Shown: positions 19,219 to 29,165, counted from the stretch's first letter. The stretch: DNA of 64,000 nucleotides from Acidimicrobiales bacterium (GCA_965116665.1 OZ220709.1:2516062-2580061), one strand, 5' to 3'. The notes: generated from the sequence alone by a model not told the origin. A program made the numbers and translations.

Positions 19219-19242
19219 AGTGGTGGCTCGGAGTGCCGGGGG

Positions 19243-19704
19243 CTAGGGGCCGCGGCGGGGGCGCTGGTCGGCGGCCGCGCCGGCGGCGAGCTGGTCGACG
19301 ATCTCGTTCCACTCGTCGCCGGAGTGGCCCTTGACCCATCGGAAGGAGATCTCCTCCGGCCGCGACAGGTACTCGCCGATCAGCGGCTCCCACAGGTCAC
19401 GGTTGGCGACCGGCTTGCGGTTCGAGTTGCGCCAGCCCCGCCGCAGCCAACCGTCGTACCACCGGTCGCGGAAACAGTTGACGACATAGGTCGAGTCCGA
19501 GACGACCTCCACCGGCCCGCTGACCTCTCGCAGAGCCTCCAGCACGGCCCGCAGCTCCATGCGCTGGTTGGTGGTGTGGGACTCCGCGCCGCAAGCCCAC
19601 GCGCCGCCCGGAACGGCCCAGCCCCAGCCGCCCGGACCGGGGTTCCCCAGGCAGGCGCCGTCGGTGTACACCACGGTTGCCTCGGTGGTTGCTTCGGCGG
19701 GCAT
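19243..19704 (-). CDS. rnhA: Ribonuclease HI
   Basis: YTDGACLGNPGPGGWG, TNQRMEL, WVKGHSG...NE.VD.LA. The internal ATG at 19704 is preferred over the track start at 19758. Confidence 0.85.
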   Translation of the reverse strand: MPAEATTEATVVYTDGACLGNPGPGGWGWAVPGGAWACGAESHTTNQRMELRAVLEALREVSGPVEVVSDSTYVVNCFRDRWYDGWLRRGWRNSNRKPVANRDLWEPLIGEYLSRPEEISFRWVKGHSGDEWNEIVDQLAAGAAADQRPRRGP

Positions 19705-19784
19705 CCTCTCGATCCTCGCGCACCGGCCGTAGGCGGGCGCGCATCGTTTCTGGCGCATGTTGCGTCGGTACCATCAGTAGGGCC

Positions 19785-22517
19785 ATGGCCGACAACTTCC
19801 TGCGCCAGCTGCCCGACACCGACTCGGCCGAGACCCAGGAGTGGATCGACTCGCTCGATGCCGTGGTGGCCGCCGGCGGGCGGGAGCGGGCCCGCTACAT
19901 CGTGGCCAAGCTGCTCGAGCGGTCCAACGAGCAGCAGCTGGGCGTCCCGCCCACCACATACACGCCCTACATCAACACCATCCCGGCGTCGGAGCAGCCC
20001 TTCTTCCCGGGCAACGAGCAGGTCGAGCGCCGCATCCGCCGCTTCATCCGCTGGAACGCGGCGGCCATGGTGATCAGGGCCAACAAGACCGCCGACGGGA
20101 TCGGCGGGCATCTGTCCACCTTCGCCTCATCGGCCTCGCTGTACGAGGTGGGCTTCAACCACTTCTTCAAGGGCAAGGACGACGGGCTGGTCGGCGACCA
20201 CATCTACTTCCAGGGTCACGCCGCTCCCGGCGTGTACGCCCGGGCCTACCTGGAGGGGCGCCTGTCGGAGCAGGAGCTCGACAACTTCAGGATGGAGGTG
20301 GGCGGCAACGGGCTGTCCAGCTACCCCCACCCCCGTCTGATGCCCGACTTCTGGGAATACCCGACGGTGTCGATGGGCCTCGGCCCGATCAACTCCATCT
20401 ACCACGCCCGCTTCAACCGCTACATCCACAACCGCCGCATCGATGACACCTCCGACAGCACGGTGTGGTGCTTCCTGGGTGACGGGGAGTGCGACGAGCC
20501 CGAGACGCTGGGCGCCATCTCGCTCGCCGGCCGCAACGGGCTGGACAACCTCAAATGGGTGGTCAACTGCAACCTGCAGCGCCTCGACGGGCCGGTGCGG
20601 GGCAACGGCAAGATCATCCAGGAGCTCGAGGGCGTGTTCCGGGGCGCGGGATGGAACGTGATCAAGGTGATCTGGGGCTCCAGGTGGGACGAGCTGCTGA
20701 TGCGCGACACCGACGGCGCGCTGCTCAACAAGATGGCCACCACCGTCGACGGCGAGTACCAGCGCTACGCGGTGGAGACGGGCGCCTACATCCGGGAGCA
20801 CTTCTTCGGGCCCGACCCCCGGCTGCGCAAGCTCGTCGAGCACCTCTCCGACGAGGACCTTCGAGTCCTGCCGAGGGGGGGCCACGACTACCAGAAGGTC
20901 TACGCCGCCTTCAAGGCCGCCACCGAGGTCAAGGACCAGCCCACCGTGATCCTGGCCAAGACGATCAAGGGATGGACCCTGGGAGAGGGTTTCGAGGGCC
21001 GCAACGCCACCCACCAGATCAAGAAGATGACCACCGCGCAGCTGATGGAGCTGCGGACCCGGCTGCACATGGAGGACGAGATCGCCACCGAGGACCTCTC
21101 CGACGGCATCCCCCCGTACTACCGGCCGGCTCCCGACTCCGAGGAGATCCGGTACATGATGGATCGCCGCCGGGCCCTCGACGGCGCGGTGCCCCGCCGG
21201 GTGGTCCGGGACCGCCGACCCGTCGTGCTGCCGGCCGACGGCCCCTTCCTGGACGTGCGCAAGGGATCGGGCGGGCGGAAGGTGTCCACCACCATGGCCT
21301 TCACCGGGCTGCTGCGCGACCTGCTGAGGGACCTGAACTTCGGCCCCCGCGTCGTTCCCATCGTCCCCGACGAGGCCCGGACCTTCGGCATGGACTCGCT
21401 GTTCCGGGAGTTCAAGATCTACGCCCCCCACGGCCAGCTGTACGAACCGGTCGACCACGACCTGCTGCTGAGCTACAGCGAGTCCTCGGACGGCCAGATC
21501 CTCGAGGAGGGCATCACCGAGTGCGGCTCGCTGGCCAGTTGGATGGCCGCGGCCACGTCCTACGCCAACCTCGGCGTGCCCATGGTGCCCTTCTACGCGT
21601 TCTACTCGATGTTCGGCTTTCAGCGGGTGGGCGACTCCATCTGGGCGGCGGCCGACGCCCGGGCCAGAGGCTTCCTCATCGGCGCCACCGCGGGGCGCAC
21701 GACGCTGCTGGGCGAGGGACTCCAGCATCAGGACGGCCACAGCCATGTGCTGGCGTCGACCGTCCCCGCCTGCGAGGCCTACGACCCGGCCTTCGCCTAC
21801 GAACTGGGGGCGGTCATCGACGACGGCCTGCGCCGGATGTGCCCGCCCGACGCCGGCGACGGTGCCGACGTCTTCTACTACATCACGATCTACAACGAGA
21901 ACTACGAGCAGCCGCCCCGGCCCGACCACGTGAGCGACGAGGACATCTGCAGCGGGCTCTACAAGTTCGACGACGGTCCGGGCGGCCGCGGGCGGTGCGC
22001 CACCATCCTGTTCTCGGGCGCGTCGGTGGGCGCCGCGCTCGAGGCCCAAGCAATGCTGGCCGCCGACCACGATGTGTCCGCCGAATTGTGGAGCGCCACG
22101 TCCTACCAGCGCCTGCGCCGGGAGGCCCTCGACGTCGAGCGCCGGAATCGCCTGAGCCCCGGAACAGATCCGACCGTGCCGCTCGTGACCCGGCGGCTGT
22201 CGGACTCCGACGGGCCGATCGTGGCCGTGACCGACTACATGACCCTGGTCCCCGATCAGATCGCCCGCTTCACGCCCAGGCCCCTGCACGTGCTGGGCAC
22301 CGACGGGTTCGGCCGCTCCGACACCCGCGAGGCGCTCCGGCGGTTCTTCGAGGTGGACGCGGACCACATCGTGGTGGCCGTGCTGTCGGCCCTGGCGGCC
22401 TCGGGCGAGGCCGAGCCGGACGAGGTGGCCGCGGCCATGGAGCGTTTCGGGATCGATGCGGAACGCGACGATCCGGGCCATCCCGACACCGGTGCACGGT
22501 TATGCTCCGATCGATGA
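19785..22517 (+). CDS. aceE: Pyruvate dehydrogenase E1 component (homodimeric type)
   Basis: MADNFLRQLPDTD..ETQEWIDSL N-terminus, a ThDP-binding region, ~910 aa. ATG at 19785. Confidence 0.92.
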   Translation: MADNFLRQLPDTDSAETQEWIDSLDAVVAAGGRERARYIVAKLLERSNEQQLGVPPTTYTPYINTIPASEQPFFPGNEQVERRIRRFIRWNAAAMVIRANKTADGIGGHLSTFASSASLYEVGFNHFFKGKDDGLVGDHIYFQGHAAPGVYARAYLEGRLSEQELDNFRMEVGGNGLSSYPHPRLMPDFWEYPTVSMGLGPINSIYHARFNRYIHNRRIDDTSDSTVWCFLGDGECDEPETLGAISLAGRNGLDNLKWVVNCNLQRLDGPVRGNGKIIQELEGVFRGAGWNVIKVIWGSRWDELLMRDTDGALLNKMATTVDGEYQRYAVETGAYIREHFFGPDPRLRKLVEHLSDEDLRVLPRGGHDYQKVYAAFKAATEVKDQPTVILAKTIKGWTLGEGFEGRNATHQIKKMTTAQLMELRTRLHMEDEIATEDLSDGIPPYYRPAPDSEEIRYMMDRRRALDGAVPRRVVRDRRPVVLPADGPFLDVRKGSGGRKVSTTMAFTGLLRDLLRDLNFGPRVVPIVPDEARTFGMDSLFREFKIYAPHGQLYEPVDHDLLLSYSESSDGQILEEGITECGSLASWMAAATSYANLGVPMVPFYAFYSMFGFQRVGDSIWAAADARARGFLIGATAGRTTLLGEGLQHQDGHSHVLASTVPACEAYDPAFAYELGAVIDDGLRRMCPPDAGDGADVFYYITIYNENYEQPPRPDHVSDEDICSGLYKFDDGPGGRGRCATILFSGASVGAALEAQAMLAADHDVSAELWSATSYQRLRREALDVERRNRLSPGTDPTVPLVTRRLSDSDGPIVAVTDYMTLVPDQIARFTPRPLHVLGTDGFGRSDTREALRRFFEVDADHIVVAVLSALAASGEAEPDEVAAAMERFGIDAERDDPGHPDTGARLCSDR

Positions 22518-23104
22518 CCCCGACCCGGACCGGAACTCTGGCGGTCACAGGAGACGAGGCCGCCGACCGGCTCGTGAACAAAGACCCGCTGGCACTGGTT
22601 CTGGGGATGCTGCTCGATCAGCAGATTCCCATGGAGTGGGCGTTCATGGGCCCCCACCGTCTGGCCGAACGGCTCGGCTCGGGGTTGGACGCCCACGACA
22701 TCTCCGAGCGTGACCCCGAGGCCTTCGCTGCGCTGGTGAGGACCAAGCCGGCCCTGCACCGGTTCCCCGGATCGATGGCCCAGCGGATGCAGGCCCTGTG
22801 CCGGCACGTCGCGGACTGCTACGCCGGAGACGCGGGCGCCATCTGGGCCGATGCCGGCACCGGCGAGGAACTATTCGAGCGACTGCGGGCCCTGCCCGGC
22901 TACGGCGACGAGAAGGCCCGGATCCTGACCGCCGTGCTGGCCAAGCGCTTCGGTGTGCGTCCGGAGGGCTGGCAGGCGCAGGCGGGGGCGTTCTCGGACG
23001 ACCAGCCCCGGTCGGTGGCCGACATCGACGGACCCGAGGCACTCCAGCGGGTTCGGGCGTGGAAGAAAGAACAGAAGGCTCGCGGCAAGAAGAAGGACCA
23101 GTGA
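22514..23104 (+). CDS. HhH-GPD-type base-excision-repair-like protein
   Basis: DPLALVLGMLLDQQIPMEWAF.GP..L..RLG and HRFPGSMA. Its ATG overlaps the aceE stop (ATGA). Confidence 0.65.
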   Translation: MTPTRTGTLAVTGDEAADRLVNKDPLALVLGMLLDQQIPMEWAFMGPHRLAERLGSGLDAHDISERDPEAFAALVRTKPALHRFPGSMAQRMQALCRHVADCYAGDAGAIWADAGTGEELFERLRALPGYGDEKARILTAVLAKRFGVRPEGWQAQAGAFSDDQPRSVADIDGPEALQRVRAWKKEQKARGKKKDQ

Positions 23105-23688
23105 AGCTCCGACCCATCGTCCTCGCCGCGGCCCTGGTGCTCGTGGCCGCGGCTTGCGGGGCCGACGACCCCCCGACCGTCGCCGAGCCTGCGGCCACGG
23201 AGCCCGCCGCCACCGAAGCCGCGGACCAGACCGGCGCTGAGGGCACCGTCGACGAGAGCGCCGCGGCTACCGGCCCGGGAGATGTGCCGGACCTCGACAT
23301 GATCAACGTGCACACCGACGAGGCCGTCAACCTCCAAGCGGTCGTCGACGGGTCCACTCCCCTGCTGTTCTGGTTCTGGGCGCCCCATTGACCGGTCTGT
23401 CAGAGGGAGGGCCCTCTGCTTGAGCAGTTTGCTCAGGACAACTCCGACACCGTGACAGTGGTAGGAATCGGCGCTCAGGACGATCTTGCCTTCGCCGAGC
23501 GGTTCGTATCGCAGACCGGAACCACCTTCACCATGCTGTGGAGCGACTCCAACGAGTCCTGGCGCCACTTCGGTGTGCGCCGGAATTCCACGGTGATGCT
23601 GCTCGACCGCGGCGGAAACGTCGTGGAGGGAAGCGCCGGCAGCTACGACCCGGACAGCCTCATCGGGCAGCTGGCCACCCTGACCTGA
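23101..23688 (+). CDS. Thioredoxin-fold (TlpA/ResA-like) lipoprotein, candidate selenoprotein. In-frame TGA at 23389-23391 read as Sec (U-P-V-C)
   Basis: GTG at 23101 overlaps the upstream stop (GTGA). Lipobox LVLVAAAC. The sequence LLFWFWAPH-TGA-PVCQREGPLLEQFAQ continues in the same frame into track ORF 23452..23688, which encodes the rest of the redoxin fold. Confidence 0.6.
23401..23437 (+). promoter_or_regulatory. SECIS-like hairpins downstream of the TGA at 23389
   Basis: CAGAGGG-AGGG-CCCTCTG (23401-23418) starts 9 nt after the TGA. A second hairpin lies at 23419-23437 (cuUGAGC-AGUUU-GCUCAgg). Confidence 0.45.
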
Positions 23689-23691
23689 GCG

Positions 23692-24816
23692 ATGAGGATG
23701 CCTCGCCGATTCCGAGTTGCCGTGGCGCTCTTTGCCGCGGCCCTGCTGGCCTCAGCCTGCGGAACCGACGGGGAGCCGAGTCCGGACGACGGCGCCGCGG
23801 TGGTGACGCCCACGACCGGCGCCGCGGCTGAGGCCGCGCTCGACGAAGCCCAAGCGGAAGCCGATGCCGCCGCCGCCGAGGCCGAAGCAGCCCAAGCTCT
23901 AGCAGCCGAAGCCGAGGCCGAAGCCCAAGCAGCCGCCGCCGAAGCAGCCCAGGCCGAAGCCGAGGCCCAAGCAGCCGCCGAAGCAGCCGACGCCGCGCAG
24001 GCGGCCGCCGAAGCAGCCGCCGAAGCCCAGGCCGAAGCCGAGGAACACGCAGCCGCCGAAGCCGAGGCCCAAGAGGCCGCCGAAGCGGCCGCCCAAGCAG
24101 CCGCCGAAGCCGAAGCCGCCGCCCAAGCAGCCGCCGAGGCCGAAGCCCAAGCCGCCGCGCAAGCCGAAGCCGAGGCAGAAGCGCAGGCCGCCGCCCAGGC
24201 AGCCGCCGAAGCCGCCGCGCAGGCCGAAGCAGAAGCTCAGGCAGCCGCCGAAGCCGAGGCCGAGGCGCAGGCAGCTGCTGAGGCCGCGCCCACCACCGCC
24301 GCCGCGCCCACGACCACCGCCCCACCCGCAAGCACCGCCGCACCCACCACCACCGCAGCGCCCACCACCACCGCAGCGCCCACGACCACGGCCGCACCCA
24401 CCGTCGAGATTGATGTCCCGGCTCAGGACATGACCGACCTGCGCACCGGCGCGACGGTCAACCTGCGGGACCTAGCGGACGGTTCAACGCCCCTGCTGCT
24501 GTGGTTCTGGGCGCCCCATTGACCGATCTGCCGGCGAGAGGCATCGTCGGTCGAGCAGTTCGCTCGAGTCAACGAAGGCAAGGTCATCGTCATAGGCGTG
24601 GGCGGCGCGGACAGCCTGGCCCAGGCCGAGAGCTTCACAGCCTCCGCCGGCGGTCCTCCCCACATGCTGTGGAGCAACTCCTACGAGGCGTGGACTCACT
24701 ACGAAGCCGGCAACCCCAACCTGATACTGCTCGACGGCGCGGGCGTGAACGTCGTTGAGAGAGTCGGCAGCTTCAGCCAGAGCCGCCTCCAGGACGCTCT
24801 GGACGGCCTCAGCTAG
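23692..24816 (+). CDS. Thioredoxin-fold lipoprotein paralog with a long Ala/Glu/Gln stalk, candidate selenoprotein. In-frame TGA at 24520-24522 (U-P-I-C)
   Basis: Lipobox LLASAC. The sequence LLLWFWAPH-TGA-PICRREASSVEQFAR continues in the same frame into track ORF 24598..24816. Confidence 0.6.
23818..24402 (+). repeat. Coding low-complexity region: Ala/Glu/Gln-rich segment (23818-24288) followed by a Pro/Thr/Ala linker (24289-24402)
   Basis: Translation is AEAEAQAAA-type degenerate repeats followed by (APTTT)n. Confidence 0.7.
24521..24567 (+). promoter_or_regulatory. SECIS-like hairpins downstream of the TGA at 24520
   Basis: GACCGA..UGCC-GGCGAGA-GGCA..UCGGUC (24521-24552). A conserved second hairpin UCGAGC-AGUUC-GCUCGA lies at 24551-24567. 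Confidence 0.4.
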
Positions 24817-24914
24817 AGGCCGAGCGACCGCGACTGCGAATGGCACGACTCCTGGAGGTGGCGAGCGAGGCCGTGGCCCGAGCGGCCCGTGAGCGCAGCG
24901 AACAAGAGCGGGAA
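24817..24914 (+). repeat. Intercistronic repeat family 1, copy C
   Basis: Starts at the TAG stop (TAGAGGCCGAGC...). Core is GAGGCCGTGGCCCGAGCGGCCCGTGAGCGCAGCGAACAAGAGCGGGAA at 24867-24914. Confidence 0.7.
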
Positions 24915-24923
24915 GCCTAGACA

Positions 24924-24966
24924 ATTCACCTTCCGTTCACCGGTGTTCACTTGAGGTTCACGGCTT
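24924..24966 (+). promoter_or_regulatory. PHO-box-like array: four direct repeats of (G/A)TTCAC at 11/10/11-nt spacing, upstream of pstS
   Basis: ATTCACCTTCC GTTCACCGGT GTTCACTTGAG GTTCACGGCTT. This resembles the actinobacterial PhoP direct-repeat unit GTTCACC. Confidence 0.6.
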
Positions 24967-25055
24967 CCGAAGCCTTGTGAAACCTTGCCCCTTCTAGGTT
25001 GCTGCTCGACCCGCGGGGCGCGGGCTTGCCAGCCATTTCGTGGAGGGTCCAAGAG

Positions 25056-26036
25056 GTGCGTCGGTCACGACAACGGCTCCTGTCTATTCCGGTGATGCTG
25101 AGCCTGTCGCTGGTGGCTGCCGCGTGCGGCGGCGACGAGAACGAAGAAGAGACGGCCGCGGTCTCGGGCGAGGTGAACATCTCGGGTTCGTCGACGGTTG
25201 AGCCGATCTCGATCCGGGTGGCTGAGCTGTTCGAGGACGTGAACCCGGATGTGTCGGTGACTGTGGACGGGCCCGGCACCGGCGACGGCTTCAAGCTGTT
25301 CTGCGAAGGCGCGACCGACATCTCCGACGCCTCACGCCAGATCAAGGACGCCGAGAAGGAGGACTGCTTCGAGGCCGGCATCACCAACATCGTCGAACTC
25401 AAAGTGGCCGTGGACGGCATCGCGGTGATGACCAACGCCGGCAATGACGCCGTCGAGTGCCTGAGCTTCCACCAGCTCTTCGACCTCATCGGCCCCAACG
25501 GCGAGGGCACCAGCACCTGGGCCGAGGCCGCCGCGGGCCTGCCCGCCGCGCCGCTGGACATCTTCGGGCCCGGCGAGGAGTCAGGCACCTTCGACTCCTT
25601 CATCGAGATCGTCATCGAGCACCTCGCCGGGGAAGCCGGCACCGACGCCACCACCCGCACCGACTACAGCCCCTCCGGCGACGACAACGTCATCCTGCAG
25701 GGCATCCAGTCCAGCGACACCAGCCTGGGCTGGGTCGGCTTCGCCTTCGCCGTCAACGCCTCGGGCGTGAAGCTGCTCGAGGTCGACGGCGGCGACGGAT
25801 GCGTGCATCCGACCGAGGACACCATCGCCTCCAACCAGTACCCGATCAGCCGGGACCTGTGGATCTACGTCGACGCGGACAAGGCCGCAGCCAACCCCGC
25901 CATCGCCGCCTACCTCGACTTCTACGTCTCCGACGCTCTCACCCAGGCCGTCAGCGAGGTCGGCTACGTGCCCCTCACCGAGGCAGCCCACACCGAGACC
26001 GCCGACCGCTGGCACAACCGCACCCTCATCACCTAG
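25056..26036 (+). CDS. pstS: Phosphate ABC transporter substrate-binding lipoprotein
   Basis: Lipobox LVAAAC and ISGSSTVEPI...GPGTGDGF..FC.G..DISDASR. GTG at 25056 is preceded by GGAGGG. Confidence 0.9.
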   Translation: MRRSRQRLLSIPVMLSLSLVAAACGGDENEEETAAVSGEVNISGSSTVEPISIRVAELFEDVNPDVSVTVDGPGTGDGFKLFCEGATDISDASRQIKDAEKEDCFEAGITNIVELKVAVDGIAVMTNAGNDAVECLSFHQLFDLIGPNGEGTSTWAEAAAGLPAAPLDIFGPGEESGTFDSFIEIVIEHLAGEAGTDATTRTDYSPSGDDNVILQGIQSSDTSLGWVGFAFAVNASGVKLLEVDGGDGCVHPTEDTIASNQYPISRDLWIYVDADKAAANPAIAAYLDFYVSDALTQAVSEVGYVPLTEAAHTETADRWHNRTLIT

Positions 26037-26085
26037 AGCACCGGCCAGCCAGGCCCGGACCTGACCAGGAAGCCCCTTCGGCCGA

Positions 26086-27237
26086 ATGACCGACACGAGC
26101 GTCGCACACCCAGAACTCCTCACCGTTGATCAGCTTCAGATCGCGCCTTCCCGCAGGCACCGCGAAGTGATAATCCGCTACAGCCTCCTGGTGACGGCCC
26201 TCGTGTCGGTCCTGGTCAGCACGCTGATCGTGTGGAGCCTCCTGCGTGAGGCATGGACCTTCATCACCGGTGTGGTCTGGGCCGACACCTGGGGACAGCA
26301 GGGCTGGTTCCCCCGGCGGGGCCTCTATGACATTCCCACGATCGTCGTTCCCTCGCTGATCGTCACCGGAATCGCCATGGTGGTGGCCGGCCCGCTCGGG
26401 CTGGGGGCCGCGGTGTACCTGTCGGAGTACGCCAACCGGAAGACCCGGGCCTGGCTGAAGCCCGCGCTGGAGATCCTGGCCGGCATCCCCTCGGTCGTCC
26501 TGGGGTTCTTCGCGCTCACCTGGATCGCGCCCAACATCGTGGGACGCATCGGCAAGACCACGTTCCTGGTGTTGGGTGCGGTCATACTGCTCGGATACGC
26601 GGTGATCTCCGCGGGAATCGCACGATCCAAGATCAAGCAGTACCGGGAGGGCGCCGCCGACCCCTCGGCCCGCATCTCGGCGGTGCTGTCAATAGCCGTG
26701 CTGGTGGTCGTCTTCGCCCTGGCGGCGGCCTGGACCCTCAACGTGTGGCTGAACTTCGCGCCCAACAACGCCGGGTCGCTGGCCGCAGCCGGCATCGGCG
26801 TGGGAATCCTGACGATCCCGCTGGTGGCCTCGATCTCCGAGGACGCCATGGCAGCCGTGCCCGATTCGCTGCGAGAGGCCTCGGCCGGGCTCGGGGCCCG
26901 CAAGATGGCCACCGCCGCCACGGTTGTGCTGCCTGCGGCCATCTCCGGCATCGTGGCCGCCTTCATCGTGGCCATATCCAGGGCCATCGGCGAGACCATG
27001 GTGGTCTTCATGGCCGCCGGCGCCGCCGACGCGGCCCGGTGGACCTACACCCCCTTCGAAGGAGGCCTGACCATGACCGCGGCCATGGCCTCACTGGCCT
27101 CGGGCACCGACAGCGTCGTGGGCGAGGGCCTGACGTTCCAGAGCCTCTACTTCGTCGGTCTGCTGCTGTTCCTGATCACGTTGAGCCTCAACATCGTCGC
27201 GTCGCGTTTCGTGTCGAAGGTCCGGGAGGCCTACTAG
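26086..27237 (+). CDS. pstC: Phosphate ABC transporter permease
   Basis: Multi-helix permease containing the EAA-like loop (SLREASAGLGARKM), positioned between pstS and pstA. Confidence 0.9.
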   Translation: MTDTSVAHPELLTVDQLQIAPSRRHREVIIRYSLLVTALVSVLVSTLIVWSLLREAWTFITGVVWADTWGQQGWFPRRGLYDIPTIVVPSLIVTGIAMVVAGPLGLGAAVYLSEYANRKTRAWLKPALEILAGIPSVVLGFFALTWIAPNIVGRIGKTTFLVLGAVILLGYAVISAGIARSKIKQYREGAADPSARISAVLSIAVLVVVFALAAAWTLNVWLNFAPNNAGSLAAAGIGVGILTIPLVASISEDAMAAVPDSLREASAGLGARKMATAATVVLPAAISGIVAAFIVAISRAIGETMVVFMAAGAADAARWTYTPFEGGLTMTAAMASLASGTDSVVGEGLTFQSLYFVGLLLFLITLSLNIVASRFVSKVREAY

Positions 27238-27285
27238 TGGGACCGGGCCGATGATCAGCGAGGCACTGGTCTGCGAGGGCGCAAG

Positions 27286-28248
27286 ATGATCAGTCGCCTC
27301 TCGGATGACCGGTCCCGGGCCGCCATCGCCGCCTCGATCGAGCGGCGCCGGGTAGACACCCGGGGCCTGCTGTTCAAGACGCTGCTCCAGTCATGCCTGC
27401 TGATCACGCTGGCCCTGCTCGCCGTGCTGCTGATGACCGTCGCGTTGGACAGCACCGACCAGCTCGGCACCCGGCTGTGGGACTTCCTCCAGGGCACGCT
27501 GCGGTCCCGGTCCACCGACGAGCGGCTCGGCATCCACCAGGGCATGTACGGCTCGCTGTGGATCGCCATCATCGTGGCCGTGCTGGCCTTCCCCATCGGG
27601 ATAGGCGCCGCGGTCTACCTCGAGGAGTATGCGCCCAGAAACCGCTTCACCTCGTTCATCGAGGTCAACATCCGCAACCTGGCCGGTGTCCCGTCGGTGG
27701 TGTACGGCCTGCTCGGTCTGGCTCTGCTGCTGAACGGCCAGATCTTCGGCCTCGACCGCCTCACCGGCGGGAGCTCGGCCCTGTCGGGCGGGATCACCCT
27801 GGCCATCCTCGTGCTGCCGATAGTGGTGATCACCTCCGGCGAGGCCTTCCGGGCGGTGCCCACCGAGCTGCGGGAGGGCGCCTACGGCGTCGGGGCCACC
27901 AAGTGGGAGATGATCCGGACCCAGGTGCTGCCCTACGCGGCACCGGGAATCCTCACCGGCACGCTGCTGTCGATGGCCCGGGCGGTGGGCGAGGCCGCCC
28001 CGCTGATCCTGGTGGGCGCCATCTCCGGGCGGCTCGGAGACAATCCCGGGCTCTTCGACATCAGCGCCCTCACCGATCAATTCACCGCCCTGCCCATCGT
28101 CATAACGAGCTGGACCGTGCAGTCGGGCCGGGACGCCGGCTTCACCACGGCCGCAGCCGCAGCCATCGTCGTGCTGCTCGTGTTCGTGCTAATGATGAAC
28201 TCCGCCGCGATCCTGCTACGTAACCGGTTCGAGAAAAAGAGAGGCTGA
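27286..28248 (+). CDS. pstA: Phosphate ABC transporter permease
   Basis: [17 protein letters not shown] permease loop; position in the operon. Confidence 0.9.
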   Translation: MISRLSDDRSRAAIAASIERRRVDTRGLLFKTLLQSCLLITLALLAVLLMTVALDSTDQLGTRLWDFLQGTLRSRSTDERLGIHQGMYGSLWIAIIVAVLAFPIGIGAAVYLEEYAPRNRFTSFIEVNIRNLAGVPSVVYGLLGLALLLNGQIFGLDRLTGGSSALSGGITLAILVLPIVVITSGEAFRAVPTELREGAYGVGATKWEMIRTQVLPYAAPGILTGTLLSMARAVGEAAPLILVGAISGRLGDNPGLFDISALTDQFTALPIVITSWTVQSGRDAGFTTAAAAAIVVLLVFVLMMNSAAILLRNRFEKKRG

Positions 28249-28249
28249 A

Positions 28250-29155
28250 GTGTCGATGACGGACGACTCTCCCCGAGTGACAGACGACGCTCCCCGGCTG
28301 ATCGAGCGGCCCGTGGCGGCCGCGCCCCAGTCCGGCGTCGACGGCGACGGTGCCGGCCCGGTCGTCGCCACCAGCCGCGACACCGTGTTCAGCTCGCGCG
28401 ACGTGAGCGTCCACTACGGCACTTTCCGGGCAGTGCGCGACGTCACCTTCGACGTGTACCGCAACGAGATCATGGCCCTCATCGGCCCGTCGGGCTGCGG
28501 CAAGTCGACCGTGCTGCGCTGCTACAACCGCATGAACGACCTGATCAAGGAAGCCCGGGTGAGCGGCACGATCACCTACCGGGGCACCGACCTCTACGAC
28601 GAAAGGGTCGACCCGGTCGAGGTTCGCCGCCGCATCGGGATGGTGTTCCAGAAGCCCAACCCGTTCCCCAAGTCGATCTACGACAACGTCGCCTACGGAC
28701 CCAGGGTGGCCGGCCAGAAGAAGGGCCTCGACGACATCGTCGAGAACTCACTGCGCAAGGCGGCCCTGTGGGAGGAGGTCAACGATCGCCTCAAGGACTC
28801 GGCTCTGAGCCTCTCAGGCGGTCAGCAGCAGAGGCTGTGCATCGCCCGGGCCATCGCGGTGGGTCCTGACGTGTTGCTGATGGACGAGCCGTGCTCAGCA
28901 CTCGACCCGATCGCCACCGCCCGCATCGAGGATCTCATGCAGGAGATCAAGCAGGACTACACGATCATGATCGTGACCCACAACATGCAGCAGGCGGCCC
29001 GGGTCAGCGACACCACCGCCTTCTTCACGGCCGACATCCGCTCCGAAGGCGACACCCGAACCGGCATCCTGGTGGAGGTAGACACAACCCAGAAGATCTT
29101 CTCCAACCCCTCCGACGAGCGCACCGAGAACTACGTCACCGGACGGTTCGGGTGA
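28250..29155 (+). CDS. pstB: Phosphate ABC transporter ATP-binding protein
   Basis: Walker [10 protein letters not shown], signature LSGGQQQRL, Walker B LLMDEP. Carries a ~40-aa N-terminal extension. Confidence 0.92.
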   Translation: MSMTDDSPRVTDDAPRLIERPVAAAPQSGVDGDGAGPVVATSRDTVFSSRDVSVHYGTFRAVRDVTFDVYRNEIMALIGPSGCGKSTVLRCYNRMNDLIKEARVSGTITYRGTDLYDERVDPVEVRRRIGMVFQKPNPFPKSIYDNVAYGPRVAGQKKGLDDIVENSLRKAALWEEVNDRLKDSALSLSGGQQQRLCIARAIAVGPDVLLMDEPCSALDPIATARIEDLMQEIKQDYTIMIVTHNMQQAARVSDTTAFFTADIRSEGDTRTGILVEVDTTQKIFSNPSDERTENYVTGRFG

Positions 29156-29165
29156 GGCTTCGAGC

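Noticed and set aside
20127-22481. 784-aa ORF antisense to aceE, and the 871-aa ORF 20489..23104
   Set aside because: Both are shadow frames of aceE. Only the last ~196 codons of 20489..23104 (from 22514) look like a real protein (HhH-GPD type).
23818-24402. Repetitive DNA that might be taken for a CRISPR array or a non-coding tandem repeat
   Set aside because: There is no fixed repeat/spacer periodicity. The region is in frame inside a lipoprotein gene and translates to an Ala/Glu/Gln and Pro/Thr low-complexity sequence.
23389-24522. Reading the two TGA codons as ordinary stops, pseudogene lesions or sequencing errors
   Set aside because: The same codon sits at the same catalytic position in two diverged paralogs. 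The downstream frames remain open and encode the rest of the fold. A third, unrelated gene at 56010 shows the same U-x-x-C pattern. I keep this as an alternative that only the genome-wide Sec machinery check can settle.
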